From: Octopus sinensis
Lineage: Eukaryota
DNA: 64,000 nucleotides
Assembly: GCF_006345805.1 (NCBI RefSeq)
Contig: NW_021833274.1
Location: 1 to 64,000 of the forward strand
Direction: 5' to 3'
Shown here: piece after piece, positions 62,901-64,000 of the stretch
Numbering within the stretch: the first letter of the stretch is position 1
How the letters are laid out: each line of letters opens with the position of its first letter
Program-made: the position numbers and the translations under genes
The notes under the pieces: model-generated
The model's database searches: none
What the model was told of the DNA's origin: nothing
What the model saw: the letters and a program-made list of their open reading frames with translations, nothing else

Positions 62901-64000
62901 GGATAACCTAAAATGGAATAACAATATTCAAACGTATAAGTTAACTGCGTAAATTGAGTGTGGTTGGTTTTGTTTATATAAATTAGTAAAAAAGGTTAAT
63001 GAATTTTACATTAAAAATCATATTTTTAATAATAATTAAACATTTTGTTGTGTAAATTTTTAATTTCAGTAAAATTAAAGAATGTAATTATTCGGCGTGT
63101 ATTTTATTCGGACTGTGACATTTCATCATTCAAAACAATATTTTTAGACCTTTTGTTTACAAACCAAATCCAAAGAGCTCCCTCCAGATCCAAATTCTTC
63201 ACAGATTTAGTGCGCTTAGCTTTTGAGTTATAATCATCCAAGTTTTATCTGTGTCGTAGTATTTCACAAACAGTCTTTCTTTGGACAGATAGTCTCCATA
63301 TTTTTGAGAAGTGATCAGCAATTTCCTAATGCGATTTATGTTTATTATTGTTATAATATTCAATTATTTCGTTTTTATGCTTAAAATTAAGAGATAGTCT
63401 TCTACAGCTTTCACTATTTACCATTCTGCAATTTAAGTGCTAAAATCACGTAACCTATAACCGGTTAAAAACAATAATAAATTATTGTAATTCATATGAC
63501 TTAAAAATAATAATTAAAAAATTTGAATGGCGTTATATCAGATAAGGCAAATAATTTGGCGTGGCAATAACTGAGTGGCGGGGTTTAGCATTATAAAGAG
63601 AAATTCAAAAAAGAACAAAAAATGACGCGGCAATAAGCGGGGTGGCATTATAAGGGGATGGCATTATAGAGGAGTTTAAGTTTATTTGAAAAATTGGATT
63701 TTAAAGGAGACGTATGTGGAATAAAAAATTAGATTATCAAAAAGATGAATTCTAATGATATCAATAAAATAATGAATTTCGATGATCATCTCATTTCACG
63801 TTTGATTATTTTTTGTTAATTGTCAGACTATATCGTGCGCAGTGTAATGACTATTTTCGATACAAAATCTTAAACGAAGATAAGAATTTTAAAGTGGATA
63901 ATGTAAAATAGTATTTAATTGCGAATAAACAATGGATAAAATCATAAAAAATTATCTACGCACGAGACAAGAAAAGTGTTCCGACTAGATAATCAAAAAT
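47915..64000 (+). repeat. Copy 2 of the segmental duplication (runs off the right edge); repeats every feature listed within 1-16079
   Basis: Near-identical to 1-16079, with clustered SNPs and small indels. Confidence 0.97.

Noticed and set aside
1-64000. tRNA, rRNA, snRNA or SL-RNA genes
   Set aside because: None recognised by eye; a covariance-model scan (tRNAscan-SE, Infernal/Rfam) would be needed to exclude them.

Overview
Strongly AT-rich eukaryotic nuclear DNA from an animal-like genome with miniature spliceosomal introns (23-30 nt in every spliced model I could reconstruct). Metazoan-type CLPB/Skd3, TRAP1 and REXO1 remnants and TTAGGG repeats point to a reduced parasitic metazoan such as a myxozoan or dicyemid; this is inference and the taxon cannot be fixed from the sequence. 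The window is mostly a nested transposon graveyard: Tc1, pogo/Tigger, hAT/Buster, Ginger-type integrase transposons, a Jockey/I-like LINE, an R4/Dong-like RLE retrotransposon and many CRE-clade fragments. Bases 1-16079 recur at 47915-64000 as a near-identical direct duplication (period about 47.9 kb) with patchy divergence. I found two apparently intact host genes, an 8-exon FCF1 and a single-exon orphan with a signal-peptide-like N-terminus. Pseudogene fragments include REXO1, a SET-domain protein, TRAP1, an AGC kinase and CLPB. The most unusual items are an intron-containing Ginger integrase with host-sized micro-introns and a non-autonomous Ginger-type element (TIRs plus 5-bp TSD) carrying a telomere-like TTAGGG minisatellite. 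No rRNA, tRNA or CRISPR features were recognised. All family assignments come from motif recognition by eye, not database searches.
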